From the human T2T-CHM13v2.0 reference genome, Homo sapiens, in the NCBI RefSeq assembly GCF_009914755.1, contig NC_060927.1: 64,000 nucleotides of DNA. One strand, written 5' to 3'. Shown in pieces: positions 33,880 through 47,262 of this stretch (the stretch's first letter is position 1; each line of letters opens with the position of its first letter). The notes under the pieces are model-generated. The model had not been told where the DNA came from. It saw only the letters and a list, made by a program, of their open reading frames with translations, and made no database searches. Made by a program: the position numbers and the translations under genes.

Positions 33880-36472
33880 TCTTCTGTGTTTTTAGAGTAC
33901 GTTTTCTATCCCAAGATCATACAGATGTTATTTTATATTACCTTCTGAAAGCTTTATATTTTTGTCTTTTGTGTTTAATCCACATGAATTGATTGTGTAA
34001 AACTGGAGTCCAATTTAAGTTTTTTTTCCAGTTTGATATTTTATATAAGGGTATCCAGTTGTTCCAGAGCTAATTATTGAAAATACACTGTTCTGCAGTG
34101 TCACCTCTGATGTAAATTAAGGTCCAGATATGTGTGGGTTTGTTTCTGGATTTCTCTTGGTTTTATTGTTTAACCGTTTATCAGTATCACACTGTTTCAA
34201 TTACAGTAGGTTCATGGTAAGACCTGATAGAGCTAGTCTTCCCACTTTGTTTTTTTTCAATAGTGTTTACCTATGTTTAACACTTTGCCTTTCCACTTAA
34301 AGGTAAAAATCGAATTGTCAAGGCCACCCCACCTCCAAATATATGCACAAGTGATTGTATTTTTTATTGTAGCAGAATACACACAGCATAAAATTTACCA
34401 TTTTAATCATTTTAAAGTATCTTCATATTGTTATGCAACCATCACCACCATCCATCTCCAGACTTCTTTATCTTCCCAAACTGAAACTCTGTACCTGTTA
34501 AACAGTAACTCCCCATTTCCACTTCCCCCCAGCCACTGGCATCCACCATTCTACTTACTGTCTCTGAATTTGACTACTGTAGGTACCTCACGTAAGTGGA
34601 ATTACCTGATATTTGTCCTGTTTCTGACTTATTTCACTTCCCATAATGTTTTCAAGGATTATCGATGTTGTAGCATATATCAGAATGTCTTTACTTTCTC
34701 TGGCGGAATAATAGTCTGTTGTGTATTTTTACCACATTTTGTTTATTCATTCATCTATTAGCGGATACGAGTTGGTTACACCTTTTGGCTATTGTAAATA
34801 ATACTGCAATGAACATTGATAAAAAAGTATCTGTTTAAGTCCATGGATTCAATTATTTTGGGTATATACCAAGGAGTGATATTGTTTAACTTTATGAGGA
34901 ACCTGGATACTGTCTTCCACAGTTACTGTACCATTTTACATTCCCAGCAGCAATGCTCAAGGGTTCATATTTCTCCACATCCTTGTCAACACTTGTATTC
35001 TGTTGTTTTGTTTTAATATAGCTATCCTAATGGGTATGAAGTGGTACCTTAATGTGGTTTTATTTGCATTTCCCTACTGACTAATGATGTTGAGCATCTT
35101 TTCTTGTGCTTATTGTCCACTTGGATATTTCCTTTGGCAAATTATCTGTTCAAGTACTTTTCTTATTTTCAATTGGGTGGTTTATCATTTTGTTCTTGAG
35201 TTATAGGAGTTCTTTGTATATTCTAGATAACATGATTTGCAAATATTTTTTCCCATTCTGTCAGTTGTCACTTTCTTGATAATGTCCTTTTATGTACAGA
35301 AGTTTCAAATTTTGATGTAGTCCAATTTACCTTTTTTCTTTTTTTGCTTATGATATGAAGCATAAGCAAAAACCTTTTTTTTTTTTTTTTTTTGCTTGTG
35401 AAGGAAATTAAAGAAGACCTCAATAAATGGAAAAGCATCCCACATTCATGGATTGAAAGACTTAATATTGTTAAGATATCAAGACTACCCAAAGCAGTCT
35501 ACAAATTCAGCACAATTCCTATCAAAATTCCAAGAACTTTTTTTGCAGAAATGAAAAATTTAAAAATTTTGATTAAGTCCAGTTTTTACCTTATGTCATA
35601 TCTAAGAATACACTGTCAAATCTAAGGTCATAAAGATTTACCCTATGTTTTCTTCAAAGTTTTATGGTTTTAGCTTATATTTAGGTCTTTTATCAATTTA
35701 GAGTTGATTTTCATATATAGTAAATATGAGGTAGGGCTCCCGGCTTATTTTTTTGTATGTGGAAATCCAGTTATCTCAGCACCATTTGTTGAAGAGACTG
35801 TTTTCTCATTGAATATCTTGGCACTCTCATCAAAAATAAGTTGGCCATAGATGTATGGTTTTATTTATGGACTCTCAGGTACATTCCTTTGGTCTATATG
35901 ATTATCCTTATGCCAGTCCCACACTATTTTGATTACTCTAGTTTTGTAGTAAATTTTGAAACTGAGAATTGTGAGTCTTCCACATTTGTTGTTGTTCTTC
36001 AGTATTTTAGCTATTCAGGGTCCTTTGCAATTCCATAATAACTTGAGAATAATTTGAGGATAGAACTTTATATTTTTGCAAAAAAAGTTATAGAATTTTG
36101 ATAGGGATTGTGCTAAATTTGTAGGTTGCTTTGGGTAGTCTTGACATCTTAACAATATTAAGTCTTCCAATCCATGAATATGGGATGCTTTTCCATTTAT
36201 TGAGGTCTTCTTTAATTTCCTTCAGCAATGCCATGTAATTTTCAGTCTATAAGTCTTTCATCTCCTTAGATTTATTTCTAGGCATTTTATTGTTTTAGAT
36301 ACTATTATAAATAGAATTCCTTTCTAAATTTCTTTTATGGATTGTTCATTGCTGGTGTGGAGAAACACAACTGATTTTTATGCATTGATCTTATAACCTA
36401 CAACTTTGATGGATTTGTATATAGCTCTGGTAGCTTTCTTGTGGATTCTTGGGGATTTCCTATATAGCAGAT

Positions 36473-36840
36473 TGTATTAGCCTGTTCTCACACTACTATA
36501 AGAAATACCCAAGACTGGGTAATTTATAAAGGAAAGGTTTTAATTGACTCACAGTTCCACATTGCTGGAGAAGCCTCAGGAAACTTCTAATCATGGTGGA
36601 AGGCAAAGGAGAAGCAGACATCTTCATAGGGCATCAGGACAGAGTGAGTGCAAGCAGGGGAAATGCCAGATGCTTATAAAACCATCAGATCTCGTGAGAC
36701 TCACTATCATGACAATAGCGTGGGGGAAACTGCCCCCATGATCCAATTACCTCCACCTGGTCCTGCCCCTGACACGTGGGGATTATGTGTATTATAATTC
36801 AAGATGAGATTTTGGGTGGAGACACAGCCAAACCATATCA
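36473..36840 (-). mobile_element. THE1 (MaLR) solo LTR
   Basis: tgtattag...ccaaaccatatca, 368 bp, TG...CA termini; 5-bp TSD cagat at 36468-36472 and 36841-36845. Confidence 0.93.
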
Positions 36841-37194
36841 CAGATCATGTCATCTGTGAATAGGTGTAGTTTTACTTCTTTCTTTCCAACATGGATTTAT
36901 TTCATTTTCTTGTGTAATTGCTTATAGAACTTACAGTACAATATTGAATAATAGTGGTGAAAGTGGCCATTCTACTTTCTTTCTGATTTTAAGGCAAAAA
37001 TTTGCAGTACTTCACCAGTGAGTATTTTAGTTGTGAGTTGTTGTTGTTGTTTTTAATAAATGCCCTTTATCAAGTTGATGAAGTCCCCTACTATATAGGT
37101 TCATTTTTTTGGCATGTTGAAATCTACTTGTTCCAGCATTATTTGTTGAAAAGACTGTCCTTTCTCCCTTGAATCACCTTTGCTCCACTGTTAG

Positions 37195-37597
<403 letters not shown>

Positions 37598-38400
37598 GAT
37601 TACTTTATAGTAAGTCTTAACATTGGGTAGTGTCAGTTCATTGACTTTGTTACTTCAGTATGGTGTTGGCTGTTTTGGTGTTTTGCCATTCCGTATATAC
37701 TTGTGAACTAGTTTGTTGGTATCCAAAAAAAGAAATTGCTGAGATTTTGATTGGGATTGCATTGAATTTATAAATCAAGTTGGGCATCCCACTTGGTCAT
37801 GGTGTATAATTTTTTATATACGGATATTCAATTTTCTAATATTTTGTTTAGGATTTATCATCTATGTTCATGGTAGTTACTAGTCAGTAGTTTTCCTTTC
37901 TTGTGATGTCTTTGCCTAGTTGTGAGATTTGGATAATAACTGGCTTCACAGAATGAGTTATGATATACCCTCTGCTGTTTTCTGGAAGAAATTGTAAAGA
38001 ATTTGGGTAATTTCTTTCCTGAGTGTTTGGTAGAATTCACCAGTGAACCTATCTGGATATGGTGCCTGCTGTTTTGGAAGGTTATTATTTATCGGTTCAG
38101 GTTCTTTAATAGACCTAGGCCTATTCAGATTGTACGTTTCTTTTTGTGTGGCTTTCGGCAGATTGTGCCTTTCTGAGTAATTGGTACATTTCATCTGTTA
38201 CCAGATTTGTAGGCATAGAATTGTTTAGTATTCCTTTATTATTGTTTTTATATTCATAGGATTAATAGTGATGACCACTTTTCTAAAATTTTTGATATTA
38301 ATAATTTGTGTCTTTTGTCTCTTTTTCTTGGTTCACCTAGCTAGATATCGATTTCATTTATCTTTTCAAAGAACAATATTTTGGTTTTGTTGATTTTCTG

Positions 38401-38793
<393 letters not shown>

Positions 38794-39705
38794 TGAATTT
38801 AATTTGCTCTGTTTCTAGTTTCCTAAAGGTAAAGCTTAGATTATTGATTTTAGCTCTTTTTTCTTTTCTAACATATATATATTCAGTGCTATAAATTTCC
38901 CTGTACTGCTTTCATTGCATTTTACAATTTTTTATTGATATATAATAGTTGTACATATTTATGGGGTACATGTTATATTTTGATACATGCATACAATATG
39001 TAAGGATCAAATCAGGATAATTGGGATATTTATCACCCCAAGCAATGATCATTTTTGTGTGTGTGTTGGGAATAATTCAAAGCTTCTCATCTAGCTATTT
39101 GAAATACATAACTTTATTGTTAACTATAGTTGCCTTACCATACTATCAAAAACTAGAACTTATTCCTTCTAACTGTTTTTGTAGCCAGTAGCCAGCCTCC
39201 CTTCACTGCTCCCTTCCACCCTTCCCAGCATCTGGTAACCACCAGTTTGCTCTCTACCTCCATGAGATCAGTTTTCTTAGTTCCCACATACGAGTGAGAA
39301 CATGGGATATTTGTCTTTCTGGGTTTGGCTTATGTCACTTAGTATCATGTCCTCTAGTTCCATCCATGTTGCTGCAAATAACAGGGTTTTTTTTTATGGC
39401 TGAATAGTATTCCATTGTGTATATATGCCACATTTTCTTTATCCAGTCATCCATTGATAGACACTTAGGTTGATTCCATATCTTGGCTATTGTGAATAGT
39501 GCTGCAGTAAACATGGGAGTGCAGATATCTCTTCAATATACTGATTTTCCTTTCTTTTGGACACATATCCAGCAATGGGATTGCTGGATCATACGGTGGT
39601 TTCATTTTTACTTTTTTGAGGAACCTCAATACTGTTTTCCTTAGTAGCCATACTAATTTATATTCCCACCAGCAGTGTACGAGTGGTCCCCTTTCTCCCG
39701 CCACA

Positions 39706-40810
39706 TCACATGTTCCTCTTGCGTAGTACAATACAATCATCTCTTCCCAGTAGTATCCAAAGTCTTAACTCATTCCACCATCAACTCAAAAATCCAAAGT
39801 CTAAAGTCTTATCTGAGACTCAAGACACATTTCTTTCCACCTATTAGCCCGTAAAATCAAAAACAAATTCTTAACTTCCAAGATACAACAGTGGTGCAGG
39901 TATTAGGTAAACATTCCCAATCCAAAAGGGAGGAATTGGCCAAAAGAAAGGGAAATAGGCCCCACACAAGTCTGAAACCTAGCAGGGCAGACATTAAAGT
40001 TTAAAGCTCCAACATAATCTTTGACTCTGTGTCCCGCATCCAAGGCACACTGGTGCAAGGGGTGGGCTCCCAATGCCTTGGGAAGCTCCATCCCTGTGGC
40101 TCTCACAGGTTGGAGTCTGGTGTCTGTGCCTTTTCAATGCTGAGGGTGCAAGCTGCTGGTGGCTCTACCCTTCTTGGGTCTGGAGGATAGCAGTCCTGTT
40201 CCCATAGCTTCACTAGACTGCCCTGGTAGGGAGTCTGTGTTGGGGATCCAACCTTACATTTCCCCTCAATACTGCACTAGCAGAGTTTCTGTGTGGGGGC
40301 TATGTCCTGGGACAGACTTCTGCCTGGGACCCAGGCTTTCTAATACATCCTCTGAAATCTAGGTTGGAACCTGGCAAGCCTTCTTTCCTTTTGAATGCTG
40401 CACACCTACAGCCTTAATACCACATGGAAACCAGCAAGGATTACAGCTTGTGCTCTCAGAGCAGTGCCCCAAACTGTACCAGGGGCCCTTTTGAGCTGAG
40501 GCTGGAGCAGCCAGGATGCAGGGAGCAGCCTCTTAAGATGGTGCAGGGCAGAGGCTCCGCAGGCCTGACCCACTAAACCATTCTTTCCTCCTAGGCCTCT
40601 GGGCTTGTGATGGGAGGAGCTGCCTTTTGAGGCTTTTTTTTTTTTTTTAATTGTCTTGGATATTAGCACTTGGCTCTTTTTTAGTAATGCTAATCTATCT
40701 AGCAAGTGGTTGGTTCACAGCCCACTTGTATTCTTTTGAATGCTGCACACTTACAGCCTTAATACCACATGGAAGCCACCAAGGATTACAGCTTGCGCTC
40801 TCCAGAGTAG
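39706..40810 (-). mobile_element. MaLR (MST/THE1-type) internal-region fragment without LTRs
   Basis: ccaaagtcttaactcattcc, gtaaaatcaaaaacaa, ggtgcaagctgctggtggctctacc and tctgaaatctagg are MST/THE1-int motifs. Confidence 0.8.
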
Positions 40811-40878
40811 CTATTGTAAATGAGATTACTTTCTTATTTTTCAGATTGTTTGCTGTTGGCATATACAAATGATACTGA

Positions 40879-41265
<387 letters not shown>

Positions 41266-42026
41266 TGATGGAGTTTTCTTTGGTTTTTAAAATATACAAT
41301 CATGTCATCTGTGAACAAGGTTAATTTGACTTCTTCCTTTCCAGTTTGGTAGTTTTCAGCAGTGAAGCCATCCAGTCCTGGGCTTTTCTTTGATGGGAGA
41401 CTTTTAATTACTGTTTCAGTTTCATTACTTGCTATTGGTCTGTTCAGGCTTTTTCTTTCTTTATGGTTCAGTCTTGACAGGTGTACATGTCTATGAATTT
41501 GCCCATTTTTTCTAGGTTATCTAATTTGTTGGCATATAATTATTCATAAAATCTCTGATGATCATTATATTCTAGGGTATTGATTGTAATTTTTTTCATT
41601 TATACTTTGAGTGTTTTCTCTTTTTTTGTTAGTCTAGCAAAAGGTATGTGGACTTTATCTTTTCAAAAAACAATTTTTTTCTTTCAGTTATCTTTTGTAT
41701 TTTTCAGTCTGAATTTTATTTCTGCTCTGATCTGTATTATTTCTTTCTACTAATTTTAGATTTTGTTTATTCTTGTTTTTCTAGTTCCTTGAGGTGGATT
41801 GTTCAGTTGTTTATATGAAGTTTTTCTCCTTTTTGATGGAGGATTATTGCTATGAACTTCCTACTTAGTATTGCTTTTGCTTGTCCCATAGATTTTGATA
41901 TGCTGTGTTTCCATTTTCATTTGCTCAAAAAAATTTTTAGATTTCCTTTTTAATTTCTTTATTGACCCATTTTTTATTTAGGAGCATGTTGTTTAATTTT
42001 CACATATTTATAGTTTTCAAAGTTCC

Positions 42027-42286
42027 TTTTTTTTTTTTCCTGAGGCAGTGTCTCACTCTTTGGCTCAAGGCTGGAGTGCAGTTGCACAATCTCAGCTCAG
42101 TGCAGTATCCACCTCCCAAGTAGCTGAGAGTACAGGCATGCACTACTACACCCAGCTAATTTTTTTGTAGAGATGAGGTTTTACCATGTTGCCCAAGGCT
42201 GGTCTCAAACTCCTAGACTCAAGTGATCTGCCTGCCTCAGCCTCCCAGATTGCTGGGATTACAGGCATGAGCCACCACACCTGGCC
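42027..42286 (-). mobile_element. AluJ with an internal deletion
   Basis: Diverged dimer; TSD caaagttcc. Confidence 0.85.
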
Positions 42287-45200
42287 CAAAGTTCCCCTTT
42301 AAAAAAGAATAAAAATCTAGTTTTATTCTGCTGTGGTCAGAAAAGATACTTGATACAATTTTGACTTTTTTGAGTTTGCTGAGACTTGTTTTTTCTCCTA
42401 ACGTGATCTGTCCTGGGGAATGTTCCATGTGCTGATGAGAAGAATGTATATTCCACAGAGCTGGATGAAGTGTTCTGTAAATGTCAGTTATCATTATATA
42501 GTGATTTTTTGGGTCTCTTTTTAAGTGTTTGTTGTTTATTTTATCTGATATAAATATAGCTATTCTTGCTCTTTTTTGTTTTCCAATTGCATGGAATATC
42601 TTTTTCCACCCCTTTACTTTCAGTCTATGTGTCTTTATAGGTAAAGTGAGTTTCTTATCGGCAGCAGATCATTGGGTTCTGTTTTTCTATTCATTTAATC
42701 ACTCTATGTCTTTTAATTAGAACATTTAGTTCATTTACATTGTTATTATTGATAGGTAAGAACTTCCTCCTGTCATTTTGTTGTTTGTTTTCTGGTTGTT
42801 TTGTAACTCCTTTTTTACTTTCTTTTCTTTCTTTCTCTTTCACCTTTCTTTATGATTGTGCAAATTTCTCTGGTAGTATGTTTTAATTCCTTGCTGTTTA
42901 TTTTTAGTGTTACCTATTATAGGTGTTTTGCTTTGTGGTTACTATGAGGCTTACAAAAAACATCTTATAAGTTATTCTGAATATATGAGAACTCAATGTT
43001 GATCACAAAGAAAACGACAAAAAAATTTACATCGTAATTTCATCCCCCACACACATTTTGACCTCTTGTTGACACAATTTACATCTTTTTATATTGCCTG
43101 ACTTTTAACAGATTGTTGTAGTTTTTACTTTGGTAGATTTAGTCTTCATACTAGAGATACCACAGTTACAGTATTAGAGTATTCTAAATTTGTCTGTATA
43201 TTTTTACCAATAACTTTTATAACTTCAGATATTTTCTTGTTGCATGTTAGTGTCCTTTTGTTCCAGATTGAAGAACTACCTTTGACATTTTTTATAAGAT
43301 GAATTCCTTCAGCTTTCGTTTGTCTTCAGAAGTCATTATCTCTCATTTATGGTTGAAGGATAGCTTTGCTGGGGACACTGTTCTCAGTTGGCAGTTTTTT
43401 TTTTTCCTTTAGCTTTTTAATATGTCATCCCACTCCATTCAGGCATGTATGGTTTCTACTAGATGTCCATTAACAGATGAATTAGAGCTCTTTATATGTT
43501 ATGCTTCTTTTTTTTCTGCTTTTATGCTCCTCTTTTTGTTTTTGACCTTTGAGAATTTGATTATTGTATGCCTTGGGATAGTCTTACTGGAGTTTAATCT
43601 GTTTGGTAATCTTTGACCTTCCTATGCCTGGATATTTATCTTTCTATAGATCTGGAAAGTTTTCTGTTATTATTTCTTTGAATAAGCTCTGTACCCCTTG
43701 CTCTTTCTTAACTATGTCTTGAAGGCCAATGACTCTTAAATTTGCTCTTTTTAGGCTATTTTCTAGATCTTATATGTGTTCTTCCTTTTTACTCTCCTAT
43801 GTCTCCTCTCTTTATATATTTTCAAATTGTCTTTGAGCTCACTGATTCTTTCTTCTGCTTGATTAGTTCTGTCAAAACCCTCTCATGCATTTTCAGTTCA
43901 GCCAATGTATTTCACAGTTCCAAGATTTCTATTTTTTTAATTTTTTAATCTGTTTGTTAAATTTTTCTGGTAAGTTTCTAAAGTGTTTTACTCTGCTATC
44001 TTGGAGTTCCCCAGGTTTCTCCAAAATTGCTATTTTGAATTCTTGATCAGAGAACTTACACATCTTCATCTCAGGTTGGTAGGGTGTCACTGGCTCCTTG
44101 CTTTGTAAATTTGGGAAGGTCGTGGTTCCCTGTTTGATGTTGTTTCTTACAGATGTACATTTATGTCTTCATATTGATTTGTTATTTATTCTAGTTTTTG
44201 CTATCTGCCTTTGCTTGGTCTTTCAGGTGTCGTTTGTTGCATTCTCTTAGACTTAGATCACTGCCTTCTTTTCAGCACTAGATGGCACCCTAAGCCCAGG
44301 TTTGCCTGGCTTTCACAAACGTTCGGCGCACTGACCATCTTGGGTTAGGGGATGTTCCAAAGGGGATTCCCTGGCTGGGGTTGGTGGGGAAGGGAATTAG
44401 CTAGGAGTTTGTGCGCAGAGGACCCGTGGAATGTGCCTCCTACTGCTGCTGATCCACTGTCCCTCTGATTTGGCATCTCCTTTGGCTGAGATGAAGAGCA
44501 GCCCCAAGTTTCCTTTGCTGGAGTTGCTAGCCCTACTTCCACGTTTGTCCATAGCTGTCTTCAGATTTTCTCCCAACAGGCACTAGCAATGCTTCCTGTG
44601 GGTTGAGGCAGGAACAGCTTTCCTGCATAGTAACCCTAGACGGTAGGGAAACTGGCTGTCTACCTTAGTCTCAGTTTCTCCAGGATAGGAACCGTAAGTC
44701 TTGGGAGACTTTTTTATCCAGTGCCTAATAACTTAAGGGAGGGGCATCATGGATAGAGAAGTCGAGGGGCATCATGGATAGAAAAGTCCATTCTCTCTTA
44801 ATTTTTCACTTTTTTGTGACACCAAGGATTGTCACAGCCTCAGTTTTGAGTTCTGGAATATTGATGGTGATAATGTTGTCACTGTATAGTTGTTTTTCAT
44901 TTTCTGTACGGGAAAATCAACTCAGATTGCTTCTACTCTGCCATTTTGGTAACATCACTGCATTTTACAAATTTTGATATGTTGTATTTTTATTTTCACT
45001 TAGCTCAAAATATTTTAAAATTTCTCTTGAGATTTCTTCTTTGACCTGCTTGTTACTCAGAAGTGTGTTTTTTAATCTTCACATGTTTGGGAATTTGCCA
45101 GCTATCTGTATTTATATATTATTATATATTTCTAGTTTAACTCCATTGTGCTCTGCATGGTAATATTGTAAGACTTATTTTTAAAAAATAAAGTATACTT

Positions 45201-45535
45201 TATGTCCCAGAATGTGGTCTCTCCGTGGATGAATGTTCCATGTGAGCTGGAAAGGAATGTATATTCTATTTCTTGTTGGATGATGAAGTAGTGTGTATAT
45301 CAATTAAATCCAGTTGACTGGTGCTGCTGTTGAGTTCAACTGTGTCCTTACTGATTTTCTGCCTGCTGGATCTGTACATTTCAGATAGAGGGGTGTTGAT
45401 GTCTCCAACTATAATAGCAGATTCATCTGTTTCTCCTTGCAGTTCTATCAATTTTTGCCTTATATATTTTGGCACTCTGTTATTAGGTACATACACATTA
45501 AATATTGTTATATATATAGTTATGTATATATATAA

Positions 45536-45842
<307 letters not shown>

Positions 45843-46032
45843 TATTGTTATTATTATTTTTTTTTTTTTTGGAGAATTGATCCCTTTATTATTATGTAAT
45901 GCCTCTCTATCTGTGATGATTTTTCTTGCACTGATGTCTGCTCTGTCTGAAAATATGCTTACTCTCACATTTTTTGGATTAGGGTTAGCATGATATTTTT
46001 GTCAATCTCTTTACTTTTAATCTATGTGTCTT

Positions 46033-47262
46033 AATTTTTTTTTACTTTATTAAAATACTGAGTTTTATTTCACATGTATATTTTTGCCTCCCCACCATTT
46101 CCATGTCTGACCACCACTACTACTATGTCCTATCATAACATTCCATACATACTTAAAACCAAGCAAAGGGTGGAGTTCCATCTTTAAAAACTAAACAGGC
46201 ATTTTGGGCAACACATTCTTGGCAATAGAGCCTGGACAACATTTATCAAACACAGTAGGGAAAGTTCTCACTGCATTATAAAAAGGACAGCCAGATATCA
46301 ACTGTTACAGAAATGAAATAAAATGGAAAATTTTTAACAAATTGTTTAAACTATTTTCCTAAAGAGACTTCCTCCACTGCCAGAGATTTTGAATAACCTC
46401 CTGGTCAGTCATCCGGAAGCACTCCTCACATAATTGATGAACTGCTTGCATTTTAATGTCTTCTACAGAACTAGGTCCTTTTCGTGTTTTAGGAGTTTTT
46501 TCCTGTTTTTTGAAAGATTCTTGTCCTTTTGATCTTGGTGTTGATGGTTTTCAGTCTTTTCCATTCTGATTTGACTTCTGTGCATTTTTGGCTGGAGTAT
46601 CTCGTATGGATTTCCTCACTGGTGCTTTTTATCCAGTTTCCTCATCATCAAAATCATCATCATCGTCATTTTCATCATCATCTTCTGCATCAGCAGCAAG
46701 TTTTACTTTTTTCTGTGGAACTTTTCTGCCACCTCCGGGGGCAGATCGCTTTCCAGATAAACTTGAGTTTCACATACTCCTCTTCTTCATCTTCTGACTC
46801 TGCATCTTCCTCCACAGCTACTAAGTGCTGTCCACTAATATGCACTGGCTCTGAAGCACACTTCAACCGTAAGATCACCAGTGGTGTTATTTCAAGGCCC
46901 CCAGAAACCATTGGCTGTACAGACATTTTCAAAGTTGCCAGTGTTACTTTAATCGGACTGCCTTCATAATTCATTGCCTCTGTTTCAACAATATGCAATT
47001 TATCCTTTGCTCCAGTCCCTGAAATCACCGTTCTTAAAGATAACTGGTGCTCATTTTCATCATTATTCACCTTAAAGTGATAATCTTTGTCGGCCTTTTG
47101 TTGACAACTGAAAAGATAGTTCTGGGGCCTCAGAGGGCTCATGTCCATGTCCATCAAATCTTCCATGGGGTGGTGACACGCACTTAGGTGGGAGAGAAGG
47201 TGGACAGAGATAAACGACTGCTGCTCCAGAGAACAGCCGCGCAGGATGGAATCACACCAGGG
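46033..47262 (-). pseudogene. NPM1 (nucleophosmin) processed pseudogene, near full-length mRNA copy
   Basis: Intronless 5'UTR, CDS remnant (47166..46359) and 3'UTR; AATAAA on the minus strand at 46064-46069; poly(A) remnant 46035-46043; 10-bp TSD tatgtgtctt at 46023-46032 and 47263-47272. ORF 46690..47166 ([19 protein letters not shown]...) matches the NPM1 N-terminus, then frameshifts; stops and deletions follow. Confidence 0.96.

Noticed and set aside
34273-34761. 162-aa plus-strand ORF
   Set aside because: Lies over an antisense L1MB 3'UTR and resembles no protein I recognise.
44739-44788. Short tandem duplications (25 bp here; also 23 bp near 30562 and 15 bp near 53786)
   Set aside because: Two-copy slippage events with no spacers or array structure; not CRISPR-like or evidently functional.
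46529-46969. Plus-strand His/Ser-rich ORFs (146 aa and 69 aa)
   Set aside because: Antisense shadow of the NPM1 acidic GAT/GAA tracts.
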